This document shows, one piece after another, positions 39,829 through 52,717 of a stretch of DNA of 64,000 nt. This DNA comes from Nageia nagi (taxonomy: Eukaryota > Plantae > Pinophyta). The stretch's first letter is position 1; each line of letters opens with the position of its first letter. The translations under genes were made by a program, and so were the position numbers. The stretch is taken from positions 26,412,001 through 26,476,000 of the forward strand of contig JBITNC010000002.1 of assembly GCA_050084985.1 (NCBI GenBank), read 5' to 3'. Under the pieces are notes generated by a model. It was given only the letters and a program-made list of their open reading frames with translations, had not been told where the DNA came from and did no database searches.

Positions 39829-41393
39829 AGAATATAAGATTTCACAATCCACTGCGAAAATAACGGGCACCTATCTCCAATCTATTTTTCTCTCTAATTG
39901 AATTGTTGGCATCGTGTTGACCCATTGGCATCAAACAACGAGACAATCTACAAGGCCTATATCTAATACACTTGGGTCACTCCTCAGCATCCCCTCAAGT
40001 TTATCAATTTACACCTATGTATTGAATTGAGGATATTCCTTCGCTAGTTTTGAGGGTGCTCACATCAATTGTGGATATAGACTAACCACCATCTAGCACA
40101 TGAGCTTCGAGTATGTTGATTGTGCTCACTAAAGTCTAAGTATGAGGACCCTTTTATCTTTTGATGCTCAATCTATTATAATATTTGGGTACAATACCAC
40201 TATCTCTTTCAAGACTCCCACAACTTGATTTCTACCTTCTTTCGGTATCCAAACCAACGTTGTGTGGCACTATACCTTTGAGAGCCATTCCTTCTTAGGA
40301 AGTGTTTCCTATCTCGCATCTGACAGCAGACCATTATATTACATCATTCTTTCAAACCTACTCGAAGAAGGGGCTCGTAAGAGGGTGAGATACAACCCTC
40401 TCCTACCTACTCAACGTACCAAATTGCAAATATAAGATTTCACAAGCCACTGCAAAAATGATGTGCACTTATCCCCAATCTATTTTTCTCTATAATTGAA
40501 CTATTGGCATCGAGTTGACTCGTTGGCATCAACCAAAGAGACGATCTACAAGGCCTATATCTAATCCACTTGGGTCAATCCTTAGCATCCCCTCGGGTTT
40601 ATTAGATTACACCTACGTATTGAATTGAGGATATTCCTGGGCTAGTTCCAAGTGTGCTCACATCAATTGCAAATTGAGACTACCCACCATTCAGCACGTG
40701 AGCTTCGAGTATGTTGATTGTGCTCACTAGAGTCTAAGTCTGAGGACCATTTCATCTTTTGGTGCTCAATCTATTATAACGTTCAGGTACAATACCACTA
40801 TCTCTTTCGAGACTCCCACAGCTCGATTTCTACCTTCTTTCAGTATCCAAACCAATGTTATGTGGCACTATACCTCTTAGAGGCATTCCTTTTAAGAAAG
40901 CATCTCTTATCTTGCACCTGACAGCAAACCATCGTACTACATCATTTTTTTGAGCCTGCTCGAAGGAGGGGGCTTGTAAGAGGGTGAGAGACAACGCTCT
41001 CTTGCCTACTCAACGTACCAAATTGCAACCATGTGTGGACCTTATTCCACTATGGACTCGACAAATCACATCCTTCTTTAGCTCCAACAAAGCCAACATA
41101 GACACAAACCTCACAATCTAGAGGGATCCTAGCTCAATCGCTCAATTAAGAGGGCCTCCACGCTCTTCCTTAGATAGGCCCTCAATGGTCCCTTCATGAA
41201 AAACCTCTACTATATTATATTTCTTTTAGGTTTTTTTGTTTAGTTTTAGGGTTTTTCCCCTTCATTGTATCTTTTAGTTTGATCTTAAGGAGGGCCACCT
41301 AGGGCCTCACTTGCTATTTCACCGCACTTGTATTCCCCAAATCTCATTGATTGCTTTTGGTCACCCGTGGACATTAATGTATTTTCTTTCTCC
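39829..41393 (+). mobile_element. RTE-X-like LINE 3' portion with an internal ~600-bp tandem duplication
   Basis: GLVPSVLTS/SHQLQIET region and RVC.LCSLESKSEDHFIFWCSIY (CCHC-type C-terminus). Duplicated units at about 39831-40428 and 40429-41028; 3' signature at 41342-41390. Confidence 0.82.
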
Positions 41394-42691
41394 TCAAACT
41401 TGCTTGGAGTAAAGTGCCAAAATCAATACACCTGATCAAATACATATTGGGTATTATAGAATTAAATCAACCTACTTTCATATATTTAGCAACCTTGGAA
41501 GAACCCAATTTATTGAAGAATAAGCACATGAATTTCAACATTCAAATTCAGGAGGAGTTCTTTCTTTACACAAATCGCAACGATCAATTTATAGGCAACA
41601 ATGGGACTTTGAACCTATTATTTCGAGAACCCAATGAAGGATTGTTAAGCATTGCTTGCAATTACTCCTAAATAAGTTATTCACAACATGCATTCAGATC
41701 AAACAAAATGAGTCAATGAAATCAGTTAGCAAAATTAAGATTTGGTGTTAGTGCCAATTGGAGCATAGGTTGAGAGAAATTTGTTTAACCAGAAACAAGT
41801 TTGGAGTTTTGTTTTGCTTTTCCTTTGTTTAACCAAAAACAAATTTGGAGTTTTGTTCAATGCTAAAGATTATGATAATTGGAGCATCAACATGCAAATT
41901 TTGTTGAGATCCAAAGAGTTTAGGAAAAGTGTGGAAAATCAGTATATTCCTCCAAAGAATTGGAAGATCTTGTCAAAGGTTGATAAGGAGAACAAGAAAT
42001 AGGAGGAGCAAAAGAATTTCTAGGCACTCTACCAAATTCTTCTAGCCTTGGATAAATCTATTTTTCCTATTGCGGCAACTATGGGACTGCATATGAAGCT
42101 TGAAAAGATTTAGCAAGTTTCTATGGTGGGTCAAATGCCAAATCAACACTGTGAGGCTGCAAAATACCAAAAGGATATTTATGAATCTCAACATAATGCA
42201 GGGAGAAAAAGTGAAGAATTTTTGTATAAGAGTCAAGGATACTGTTAACAAGATGGCCATTAAAGGAGAAAATCCGGATGATACAGTTAATTGCAAGTAA
42301 AGAAGTTTCACCAACTCACAACAATGTCTGAGAAAACAAAGGACTTTACCAAATTAAAGTTTGGTGAACTTGAAGGACCTCTATTGCCACATGAAACAGG
42401 CTTGGAGGTGGATGAAGTTATTTTGGACAAAGCTCTTACCTCCAAGGAAAATGTCTAACGGAAACAAAAGCAAGAGAAGAAAGATCTCTTGTGTGCCTAT
42501 TGCGAGAAAACAGGTCAGTTTGCAAGAGAATGTAGACAAGATACTGTTGATAAAGGAAAAACCAGATAAACAAAGGAAATAACCAAAAGAAAACATTGTC
42601 CATGAAGTGGATGAAGATAATGATGAATAATTTATGTTCTTCACAGTTGACAAATCTGAAAACATCTCTCAAAAAGTGTGGTATATTGACC

Positions 42692-44400
42692 ACAGTTTAG
42701 AAAATTGCTGATTTATTGATGCTTTTTTTAAAAATTGCATTTTTTTATGGAGTTGATTTTTTGTATTTAAATCGATGATTTTTTGCCGTTTAATCAAATT
42801 TTTTTAGAAAAAGTCATGCCACTTAAGGCACCACGAAATCGCATTTTTCAAGGCAGTTCTCTGTGTGACTTTTAAGGCAAAAAGCATTGTATCAGTCACT
42901 ACAGATGCTGATGAACGAAAAAAAGAGTAAAAACTTCATTTTAATCTGTCCATGGCTGCAGAGAATATCTACTAACAAAAAATTGCATTTTTCTTTGAGT
43001 GGAAATTCAATACACACAAGCAATGCTTTGATGAAATCGGAAATAGAATTTCAACCCATACCTATAAAGTGAATTGGGTGTGAAGCAGCTCATACATGTC
43101 AAGTTATGTTGGGCAAACAGAAAATCAAAGTCTCTAAATTTTGCCAACAGGCTTTTCACAATACATTTTATTTTTAAATTTTAAATGCTATCATTTATAT
43201 GAAAAGGCATTGTATTAAAATACAATAACTTGTATTAAAAGTTTGTATTTTGTCTTAATTTGTATTTATAACTTGTATCTTTATATTTTTAGGGTAGATA
43301 TTTAAAATAACTATATTATTATTTAATGTGTTAATTCTTATTTTCTTTCCAGCTAATGATGTTTCTTGTCAAAAAAATATTTATTTTTAATTATATTTTA
43401 AATAAAAAATTTATAATTTATTTTTCATTTTATTTCTAGAGATTACAAATTATTAATTGAACAAATTGTCATTATTTTTTCGGCTTCCTGACCTCAATCT
43501 ATCCTAATCTCTTCCAAATGGCCAGAGCGGTCCCAAACTATTGCATATGAAAATTTCTCAATACATTGCTATGGTTGCCAACAATTGGGGCACGAGAAAT
43601 TTTGCCCAAAATTGACCTCAAACTTATCGATAAATCCCTGCAGAAGGAAACACAAGACAGAGACCAGCCATATGCCATCTTGCAACCAAAATTGACCTCA
43701 AACTTATCCAATAAATCCCTGCAGAAGGAAACACAAGACAGAGACCAGCCATATACCATCTTGCAACCAAAATTGACCTCAAACTTATCCAATAAATCCC
43801 TGCAGAAGGAAACACAAGACAGAGACCAGCCATCTGCCATCTTGCAAGAACCTGATACGCAAATGATGACAGCGAGTCACGCCAGTATTGATCATAACCA
43901 GTATTAGATTCAAGGAAGAAAAAGATGTAATTGAAATGGCTACCAAGAGCCCCTTGGTAATCAACGTAGGAAAAGATGGGAAGCAACCTTCTAGCATTTT
44001 ACAGATTCAACTGCTCAACAGAAGACTACATCCCATGATATCATCAATCGTAGCCATTCAGCTACCAAAGGTCTCCATGTTAATGAAAAGGATACATCCC
44101 CTGATGGATCCCTTTAAAAGAACTACGAAGCTATTTTGACAATTGGGAAGGAACATCAAGCACCAACTAATCGATATGGAGAAGAAAGGAAAATGACAAC
44201 TAAAGCAACTCCAATCAGAGCAATGGAAAATCTTTCGAGGGTAAATCTTGAAGCAATAGGAGATGATTCAGAATTGGCTACACACATATGCTATCTCAAA
44301 AGACTGAAATGCAAAAAATGCTTTTTTTTATTTAGCCACATTAACAGAAGACAGATAGTAGTATTAATTTTAGAAGAAATAATCTCTGTTATGTGCCTTT
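42692..44400 (+). mobile_element. DNA-transposon-like (hAT?) insertion into the Copia protease region; right boundary approximate
   Basis: The Copia frame breaks after WYID into CAGTTTAGAAAATTGCTGATT, followed by AT-rich, intron-like sequence. No second TIR recognised. Confidence 0.45.
43606..43847 (+). repeat. 81-bp tandem repeat x3 (PKLTSNLSNKSLQKETQDRDQPYAILQ)
   Basis: Near-identical units at about 43606, 43686 and 43767. Confidence 0.95.
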
Positions 44401-44905
44401 AGAGCCATTGGTTTCAAGGCAGATTAAATAACTCTTCGACTCGATCTTTGGTGAAAGGGAACTGTATGTACAAAAGGTTGTAGAAAGCTTCTGAGTCTTG
44501 AAGAGACAAATGGATCTTTGGTCCAAAGCCTTCTACACCACCTCCAAATCCATCACTATCACCACCATCCTCAACTGACACAAGTGGCACCTCTTCTTCA
44601 AGTGAAAATGATCATGATAGTGATATTAGTTATGATGCTAAAATCAACAAAAGTAGAGATCATCCACCTCAAAATTTTTATTCCAATTCTAATAAGAGGC
44701 AAACTAGAAGTAAAGCAATAGAGTTCAGTGAAGTCATGAATAGAATTGAGAAGTTACACATGATGAAGATGGTAATGTGAAGTGGAACAAAGTGATATTG
44801 TTCACTTTGTGTTGATGGGCAAGATTTGGAGGAAATCAATGGAAGAGAAGATCAACTCCAGGATGAAGAAAGTGTTGAAAAACACACGGCTAGCCTAGTG
44901 GCAAG

Positions 44906-45395
44906 TGTTAGAATTTGTAATGAAATATTGTGAATATCTAAACTCCTTGTAAATTCAATTAATCACTTAAAGGATATGTAGATACCTTAAGGGATTAATT
45001 GAATTCTTTATTATGTAGACTTTGACCTTACCATGGGGTTAGTTGGTAGGTTAAAGTTAGGTAATACATTTATTGTAACCCTAACCTTACCCTTGGGTTA
45101 AAGGGAGGTTAGGGAGGTGCTCTCATGCTATAAGTAGAGGGCCTCTCCTCTTGTAAAATAACTAAGATTTGGAGTAAGATTACTGTACTAGTTTGTGTAG
45201 GAGAGAAAGAGAATTGTAGTAAGAGGTGCATAGATTGAGAATTGAGAACTAGCTGTGGATGTACTCCCAAGAAGGGAGGAACCACATTATATTTGTGTTA
45301 TCTTGAGTGAATGGTGTTATTAGCTTTTAGATGTTGTATGATTGAGTTTCCTATAGTCTTGGACCTTGAGAATTAGTGTAGTTCTAATTCCTTCA
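44906..45395 (+). mobile_element. Copia solo LTR (same family as LTR 3241-3740) with perfect TSD GCAAG
   Basis: TGTTAG...CCTTCA flanked by GCAAG at 44901-44905 and 45396-45400. Colinear with the reverse complement of 3241-3740 (GATACCTTAAG, GGATGTACTCC, GGAGGAACCAC). Confidence 0.93.
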
Positions 45396-45417
45396 GCAAG
45401 AGGTTTCACAAAGAGAT

Positions 45418-46813
45418 AAATAGAAATAGAAATAATATTAATGTCCTCGGGTGACCAAAATAGGTCAATGGGACTCGAAAAGTATAGTCTAGCTAAATGT
45501 AAGGAATGTAGGGGGTGAGAAACCACAGAAACCGAAAAAGCAAAAGCAAGAAGCACTAAAGCTACGCTATAATACATCGAAAAACCAAAAAAGACCAACA
45601 TACTCAATCTTCAAATATAGATCGGATCGCTCTAGGTACAGAGGGCCTCAAACTGGAAGGGCTAAGCAAGGCTCGTGAGTCTCTCTCAACATCTAAGACC
45701 GAAGGGTTGCCCGTGGAGGAGGAAAAGCCAATGATGTATATCTGTCGTCCAAGCTGAGACTGTCTGATAGCGATCAGAGGGGCAAGACCGCATCGTGTAG
45801 ATCTGAGATCGTGAGTATGCAGAAGAGTATCGTCTAGAGGGCGTTTCCTATCCGCAAGACTTGAGGTAGGCTGGAAGAAATAACTGATCAACTCGGCGGT
45901 TTAAGGGGCCTTCACGGATCTCTTTAAGGATGCTCGCCTAGAAAGAGTAATCTCATGCACAAAGAGTGCTAGACATCTCTTGTCAGGGTAGCGAAAGAAG
46001 GTGGATATCGAGCCCCAAGACTCTCTGACCAAGCAATAATACTGCCCTCGGATTCATAGTAGATGGGACATCTGAAGATCATGTGCTCCTCGTTCTCTAT
46101 CTCATGTAGAGAACAAAGTCAGCAAGTCCTATCCGTCTGAGGAATATGATGGTCAATCTCAATACGAAGCTAGTGTCAGCAAACTTGAAGCTGGCCGAGA
46201 GGAACCCTCAACCCGGAAGACCACTGGTGTTGGAGGTAGGTCAGCATGACAATGAGGCCATCAATGAGCTACAGAAAATGCTCAACGTAGAAAGCTAGCT
46301 TAGGGCTAAGAGGATGTGGGGGAGAGATCCAAGTGATCTGAATATAGTGGCGATAGATATCCTCTCTGATAGATCAATGGAGCATCACCCTTGAGGGTCA
46401 TGGGGTAGCCAACGTGGAGTTGAATGATGGGAGCCGATTAATCGAAATGCCCACCAACTCTAGTATCAGACCAACCTCGGAGTACCAACACCATCTGAGC
46501 CTAGTAGTGCCAAACGATGCAATCCTCTCTAATGAGCATTGAGCAAGAAAAGGATACCTCTCACGGCCAGTGGTAGAGTCGCCAAACTATCTGAGTCTAT
46601 GTATGAAGGACCCAAGCCTGAATATGGTCTCAAGATGGAGCGGCTGGACAGCAAACTCACTTTGAACAATGCACTATGGAACTATCTGCTTACAGCAGAT
46701 CATACGCTGGAGTATGATGGTTTAAACTCTCTAGATGCATGACCACTCAACTGGCCTAGAGCTAGGACCCCATACCTCCAAACCATAGAGAACGGTAGGT
46801 GTGATGAGGGTAT
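45418..46813 (-). mobile_element. 5'-truncated RTE-X-like LINE inserted in the Copia RT
   Basis: LFDTLITPTVLYGLEVW motif and CCHC-like C-terminus; 3' hairpin plus (TTTCTA)n tail; TSD CAAAGAGAT/CAAAGACAT. Confidence 0.88.
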
Positions 46814-48539
46814 CAAAGACATCTTTGCACCTAAGGCTAGGATGGAAACCATTCGGATGGGTCTAGCTATAGCAGGCCATAGAAGGTGGAATATTCATCA
46901 AATGGATGTGAAATTTGCGTTCTTAAATTGGTGCATCAAATAAGAGATCTATATGGAGCAACCTAAAGGTATTGAACTAAATGGGAATGATAAATTTGTT
47001 ACCAATTACGAGGGCCTTGTATGGCCTTAAGAAAGCACCAAGAGCATGGTATGACAGGATACATGCTTCTTAAAGCAAAGATTTGTAAGGAGTAAAAGTC
47101 AGCCCACAACCTGCATCAAAGGAGAAGGCCATGATATATTGCTTGTGCGTTTGTATGTAGATCATTTGATCTCACCATATGCTCTCTTACAATGTAAGTA
47201 CACTACAATCATGGTGGGCTTTTTATTGAGAAAAAAAAAATTCACAGAGAAATTTCACATGGAAACTTGCAAGGCTATACCCTTTCCTCAAGGAGTTGTT
47301 TTGTCAAAGGATGATGAGGCTGAAAAGGTAAGTGCAACTCACTTTCATGTTGGGAGCCTTATCTTCTTAACTACTAGGGAGCCTTATCTTCCTAACTACT
47401 ACAAGAATAGACATTGCATATTTTGTGAGTTTAGTGAGCAGGTTTATAAGTGATTCTTCTCCGCTTCACTTGCGGGCAATGAAGTGCATATTGAGGTATC
47501 TTAAAGGTACTTTGGACTCTTGAAGTTTGACGTTAAGTACTCTTATGCCTCTGATTTTAGATAAAGTGAATGGAATGATTCTCATTGGGAAGATAGTTTG
47601 GATGATCAAAAATAAACTTCCAACAATTGTTTCCCACTTGAATCTAGTTTGATAAATTGGATCTCAAGGAAACAATCCATTATAGCACTCTCTTCAACAG
47701 AGGCAGAGTATGTGGTAGCTATAGAAGCAGATGCTCAGACCTTGTGGTTGAGGAAAATATTTTGTCTTAGGTCAAGAACAATTGACAGGCACTACATTGT
47801 TTTGTGACAACCAAAGTGCAATCCAACTTGCACGAAATCATGCACACCATGGAAGATCCAAGTACATTGACCTTAGATTTCATTTCATAAGAGACGTGAT
47901 ACAAAGAGGTGATGTGGATTTCGTGTTTCGCAATACTATTAATCAGCTTGCACATATCTTAAGTAAGGTTGTGGAGATAAAGCAAATCCTAAGGTTGCGG
48001 GATAGATTGATCTTCTTCATGATCAAGGAGGAAACTGAAGAGTTGATCACTTCATGAGAAAATTGACAAGTCTATTTCTTATTCAAAAAATATACAATGA
48101 AATGAAAAACAGTCAAGTGTCTCTTTAGCTTCAAGCAAGCCAAGTGACATGTAAGAATTATGAGAACTCCATGAGAATCCTACTGGCATGGGAAACTAAA
48201 CCCAAGATGTAATATATTGTAAATTTCCTTCTTTTTTTGGCATATAGCATTGTTATGTATATAACAAAATTATATGTACTGATTTGAGAGCAATACAAGA
48301 CTTCCTTGAAGTGCCAAAATCTGCTTTTTTCTCTTATTCCACTATGTTATATCTTTGTGTGAGGTATGTTCATTTGGTTTTGCTAGTTTGTAATCATTTT
48401 TGCAAAGTTTGCAATTCTTGTTTGAGAGTCATTCATAAAATGAATAAATACATTCATTTATCGTTGAGGAGCTAAGTCATCACCTCTATCATTTAAAGTT
48501 GATCAACAATCTCCTCATCTCGCCTATCTTGTTTGTACT

Positions 48540-49300
48540 ACAACTGTGTATTTTAATAATCATGAGCTCAGTTGGCATCTAACATATCCATTGAGAATTC
48601 AGTCGCTTTTACTACATGGTGCCATCAATTCACCTGTCTACATGTGAGAGAAAACATGTAGACAATCAAGATTGGATCTGAGAGAAACAGATTGAAATCG
48701 CAATTGCTTGCTTGTTTTAACATTGTTGACGAGTCAAATCCGTTTTGTCGTTTTCCTAAACACATGAATGACCAAGATGCTCCAAATGATAGAGAAGATT
48801 CTCATCATGACAATCCATTGATTGCCTTTTTCAAAATTCCATCCTATGTCCTCTCCACCACCTCATCACAAACTACCACATGGAATTTTGTGATCATTTG
48901 GAGGAGAGAAAACTTCCAATCATTCAATGATATATGTTCTGGATTGTGTGCCACATGGATAGTCATGATTGCTTATTGAAACATGAAGATCCGATCACGA
49001 CCATTTGTCATCTTTGTGGACTATTCTCAATGTTTTATACATGACCACATGGAGGACAGCAATCATTGGGAGGAGAGAGCGAGGATTGATATACCTAGTT
49101 AATTTTGGCTTCCATTTTATTGTCTTTCCCAGGACACATGAATGGTCGCAATGTGTCCTGGAAGGAATGCAGATCTGATTGTGATCGTTGTATTCTATTT
49201 TGTCTATAAGTGGTTTGACTGCACTGACTTCTCCCCAAATGTAGGGGAACAATTAATGGGGGATAAACAGGTGGGATTTTCAATTGTTAATATAATGACC
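48540..49300 (-). mobile_element. Decayed Gypsy integrase fragment
   Basis: Fragmentary integrase-like translation only (weak PxxIVSDR-like region near 49000). Confidence 0.35.
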
Positions 49301-50515
49301 AGCTTAGAAACATGATATTAGGCTGAAGGATAGATGGTTGCAATGGAAAAAAAAAGAGGGAGGATTAGCAAATCGCATTTATTAGAGACTTGTTTAAAGT
49401 CATACTTAAAATTTGTGGTTGAGATTAAGAGTTTAAAAATTCAAAGTCGGGACAACATAAGTAAATTCTGATGATCATGATGCAAAGTTCGCACAATGCA
49501 AGTTTATCACAACTGTCTATTGTGGATGGTTGGATCTTCTAACAACTTGTGGCTAAAGAAAGTTCTACAGAATCTTTATGAAACAATTTTAATCAATAAT
49601 TTTGATATGGAGAAGATCATGTAGCAAGGTAAGGCTAACAATTGACTAACAAGGAGGGAATTAAGAGCCTTCAGACAACTCTATTAAAAAAAAACGTATC
49701 TGAGTAAAATGGTGAAAGCAACAAAAAGAAAAAGGACAAAAGTAGAAATTCACTCTGCCTTACTCATTTAGACCCATGTAAGATGGTGGACAAAGAAAGG
49801 CACTAGTTTTGGTAGGGGATTTGAGTTTACCTTTGAAGCTTACCTTCACAGAATTTGCATCTATGTAACATGTTTATTATGCTCAATTACTCCATTTATT
49901 GCACAATGAAGTTCTTCAATATATTAAAGACGTGTTAGAAGGAGAAGAATGTAAAATATAGACAAACATAAGGCACGTTCCAACTTATCTTCTGGCTCTA
50001 CCGGGTACTTAATAAAATTGGGTTAGGGCCTGGAGAAATGAGGTGAAGCAGAAGACACAGCTGGGATAATTTGAAAAAAGCCAATTGAGATTATGTATCA
50101 ACTCGCAGATTAAAGTTGCCACTACCAAACAGTTTTGCTTGTTTCTTTCCATGGCTAACATTTTGAACCCAGAACATCAAAGATGTTTTGAACCAGAAAC
50201 AATTCCTAAAGGAAACTATAACTCAAATTGATTTTCCACAAACATATCATAGGCATATAAACATTCCTGTCGATTCAAATTTAGAAATAAAAGACAACAA
50301 TAGCATTCCATCCCAAAAGATCAATGTTTAACATCAAATAAAGATTCAGTGCTGAAATTGAATTCTAAATTATCAGGAATTATTTACAACTGAGAATGGC
50401 ATTAACAGTATTTCTAAAAGAATTTCAATAGCCCATGCAACAAAAAGATAACAATTTGAAAATTCTAGATAAATGACCATAGGATACTAGGCATACAACA
50501 GTTAAAAGAGCATAC

Positions 50516-50642
50516 CGCACAGGGGAAGTTATGTGTCTCTGCAGTGAAAAGAATATCAAAGTCACACTGAACAGTGCTTAGAGGACATGTTGAACCTGCT
50601 GATACTGGAAGTAATGTTTCAACTGGAAAACCTTTGATAGCG
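50516..50642 (-). CDS. PUR4: FGAM synthase (PurL) exon D
   Basis: ATTAG| C+AIKGFPVETLLPVSAGSTCPLSTVQCDFDILFTAETHNFPCA |GTATGC. Contains the AETHNFP motif; phase matches exon C. Confidence 0.97.
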
Positions 50643-50902
50643 CTAATTTCAATCACAAAAACTTAGTCACTCAAAACATTATTTAAAATTCAACTGGTAG
50701 AATAAAATACATATCTCGTACTTCCCTAAACAATCCAGCCCATAATACTATTTACAACAATTACAAAAGTGCAATTTGTCTTATTTCACAAATAGAAAAT
50801 TCCTTTAAAGCAATGCATATGACTTGAATTGAGATCCAAAATAAGGTAGCGAAAACCATAAAGGTGGCATGACAGCTAGGAGCTTAAGCTATGTAGTTGT
50901 AC

Positions 50903-51015
50903 CTTGAGTTATCTTTAAAAGCAATAACAGAATTGTTTGGATTTGCATCAAGAGTGTCTTTGACAATACTCATTAATGTTTCAGGAACAGGCTGTCCATC
51001 AATAACTATCTCCCC
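50903..51015 (-). CDS. PUR4: FGAM synthase (PurL) exon C
   Basis: ATTAG| GEIVIDGQPVPETLMSIVKDTLDANPNNSVIAFKDNS+AG |GTACAA; 113 nt, ends in phase 2. Confidence 0.96.
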
Positions 51016-51184
51016 CTAATGAAGATTGATACAAAATCAATTAAGTTCCCAAGAATTCAAATTATATCGGAAGAGTAAATCATGAAGATACCAAGCTTTT
51101 ATTAAAAAGAATTTTTTTTTTGAACAACCAGGCAATAATTTCTCCAAATGGTAGATGTAAAAACCAGACAGGCCTGTTTCGCAC

Positions 51185-51292
51185 CTTAAAAAACCAGTGC
51201 CTACTATGTTCACTGTTAGACTGTGCAATATCAAAAAGTTCAACATTGGTAGGGTTACGTTTTATATCATCTCGAAAAAGCCTCATGTAATA
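51185..51292 (-). CDS. PUR4: FGAM synthase (PurL) exon B
   Basis: CTGCAG| YYMRLFRDDIKRNPTNVELFDIAQSNSEHSRHWFFK |GTGCGA. Contains the PurL signature QSNSEHSRH; 108 nt. Confidence 0.97.
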
Positions 51293-51387
51293 CTGCAGCC
51301 AAAAACAGGAAACAGGATGGTTATCAAACATTACCCCTCGAGATATGCCATCTAAAATATCACAAAAGTTTTGAAGATTGACATTAC

Positions 51388-51478
51388 CTCCAAGTCAAAT
51401 TCATCAAAAGCAAGTCCCATATGTCTGTTAATCTCCTCTAGAGCTTCCCTTCCTTTCTTCAAAATTGGCACAAGTGTA
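51388..51478 (-). CDS. PUR4: FGAM synthase (PurL) exon A; acceptor boundary uncertain
   Basis: Translates TLVPILKKGREALEEINRHMGLAFDEFDLE, matching the plant PurL motif VPVMEKGRKALEEINQEMGLAFDEQDL. Donor is GAG|GTAATG. No AG at the expected acceptor (reads CTGACAA|T). Confidence 0.85.
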
Positions 51479-52717
51479 TTGTCAGGTATTGAACAGTTCG
51501 TAGTTAAAATAAATAAAGAAAACAAACACTTCTATAATCCTCTTATACAGTTAAATTTTTCTTAATCCATCCAACATATATTATTATAAAGAACTTAGTT
51601 AATATTCATTTCTGTTTGAATTAATCATGCTTCATATCTGCAACATGAAGAATATGCATATCTGACAAACGACAAGAGATAAAAAAAATTAGGCATATAT
51701 CTTAATCAGCCTAATAATGTTATTAATAGAAAATTGTTAATCTGTTTAGTTTTGAAGTTTTTAACTCTGCATTTTCAATGTTTATTCTTTTTTTCTGAAC
51801 TTTGAAAACTTACACACGCTTACATGCGAGCTCAACATGTCCTTCATTCGCCTTCTTTGTTACCCTGTGCATCGTGCTTGAATCTTCATCTGTGACCCCT
51901 CTTGATTCACTTTCAAAATTAACACAATATTCTTTCTTTTGAGAATGCAACAATCATTTATCTCTTGCCCTCCACCTGTAACTTCTGATTCTTTACCTAA
52001 AAATAGGATTGCAAAATACAACACATTGTTATGTACACTTGCATTGTTCTCATAATGGTTATCTTAGTTGTTTATGCACATCCTATGCTTTTTTTTGCTA
52101 TTTGCCATTGAAGTTGCATTTCTTTTTGTTACGGCTCATAATGTCTTGCTTTGAAAAAACCTGCGTTCCTCCTCACACGTTTATATGTAATGATCATGTT
52201 CCCTTGCCTTCTTTCGTGACTATAAAGCCCTCCAAAGTACTTGATCACAATGCTTGGCTCCCCTATGAAAATCCCAATAAGGCTCCTCACTGTCAAGATT
52301 TGAGATTAATTGGACAGAATTCAACAGCTCGTCTGATGTTGAACATTTACTAATTGGAGGTACAATGTGTTCACATAGCTCGCCCATCAAAGCAAGGCAT
52401 GGTCAAAGCATCTTGGATTGGATAGAGGATATCTATAGCTCATCCATGTTGCCGTGAACAATAAATTAGACCTCAAGCTGTTCAAATCAATTTTTTTACA
52501 CGTTCCACATTCATTTGTCCATTATATCACTCCATTCTGAATTCTGCTTCCATTTTGAAGGGTGTGGCTAAACCTATAGCCTCTCCTATATTTGTTTTCC
52601 GCAAAGAGATTCCTTTAATAGCATTTTCCTAGATTCATCCTCCTCTCTAACATAATTGTAAAGAAATTTCAACATTCCCAGTTGTGTCTCTCGTTCTTTG
52701 ATAGTTGCCCCAAAACA

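Larger units (their letters stand above)
39490..48508 (+). mobile_element. Old Ty1/Copia element with several nested insertions
   Basis: Related LTR copies at 39490-39820 (truncated) and 48036-48508, both starting TGAAGAGTTGATCACTTC. gag about 41850-42600 (DYDNWSINMQILLRS); protease WYID near 42680; RT (FAPKARMETIR, IHQMDVK, LYVD) at 46823-47500; RNase H (STEAEY, FCDNQSAI, SKYIDLRFHFIR); PPT near 48026. Confidence 0.88.
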
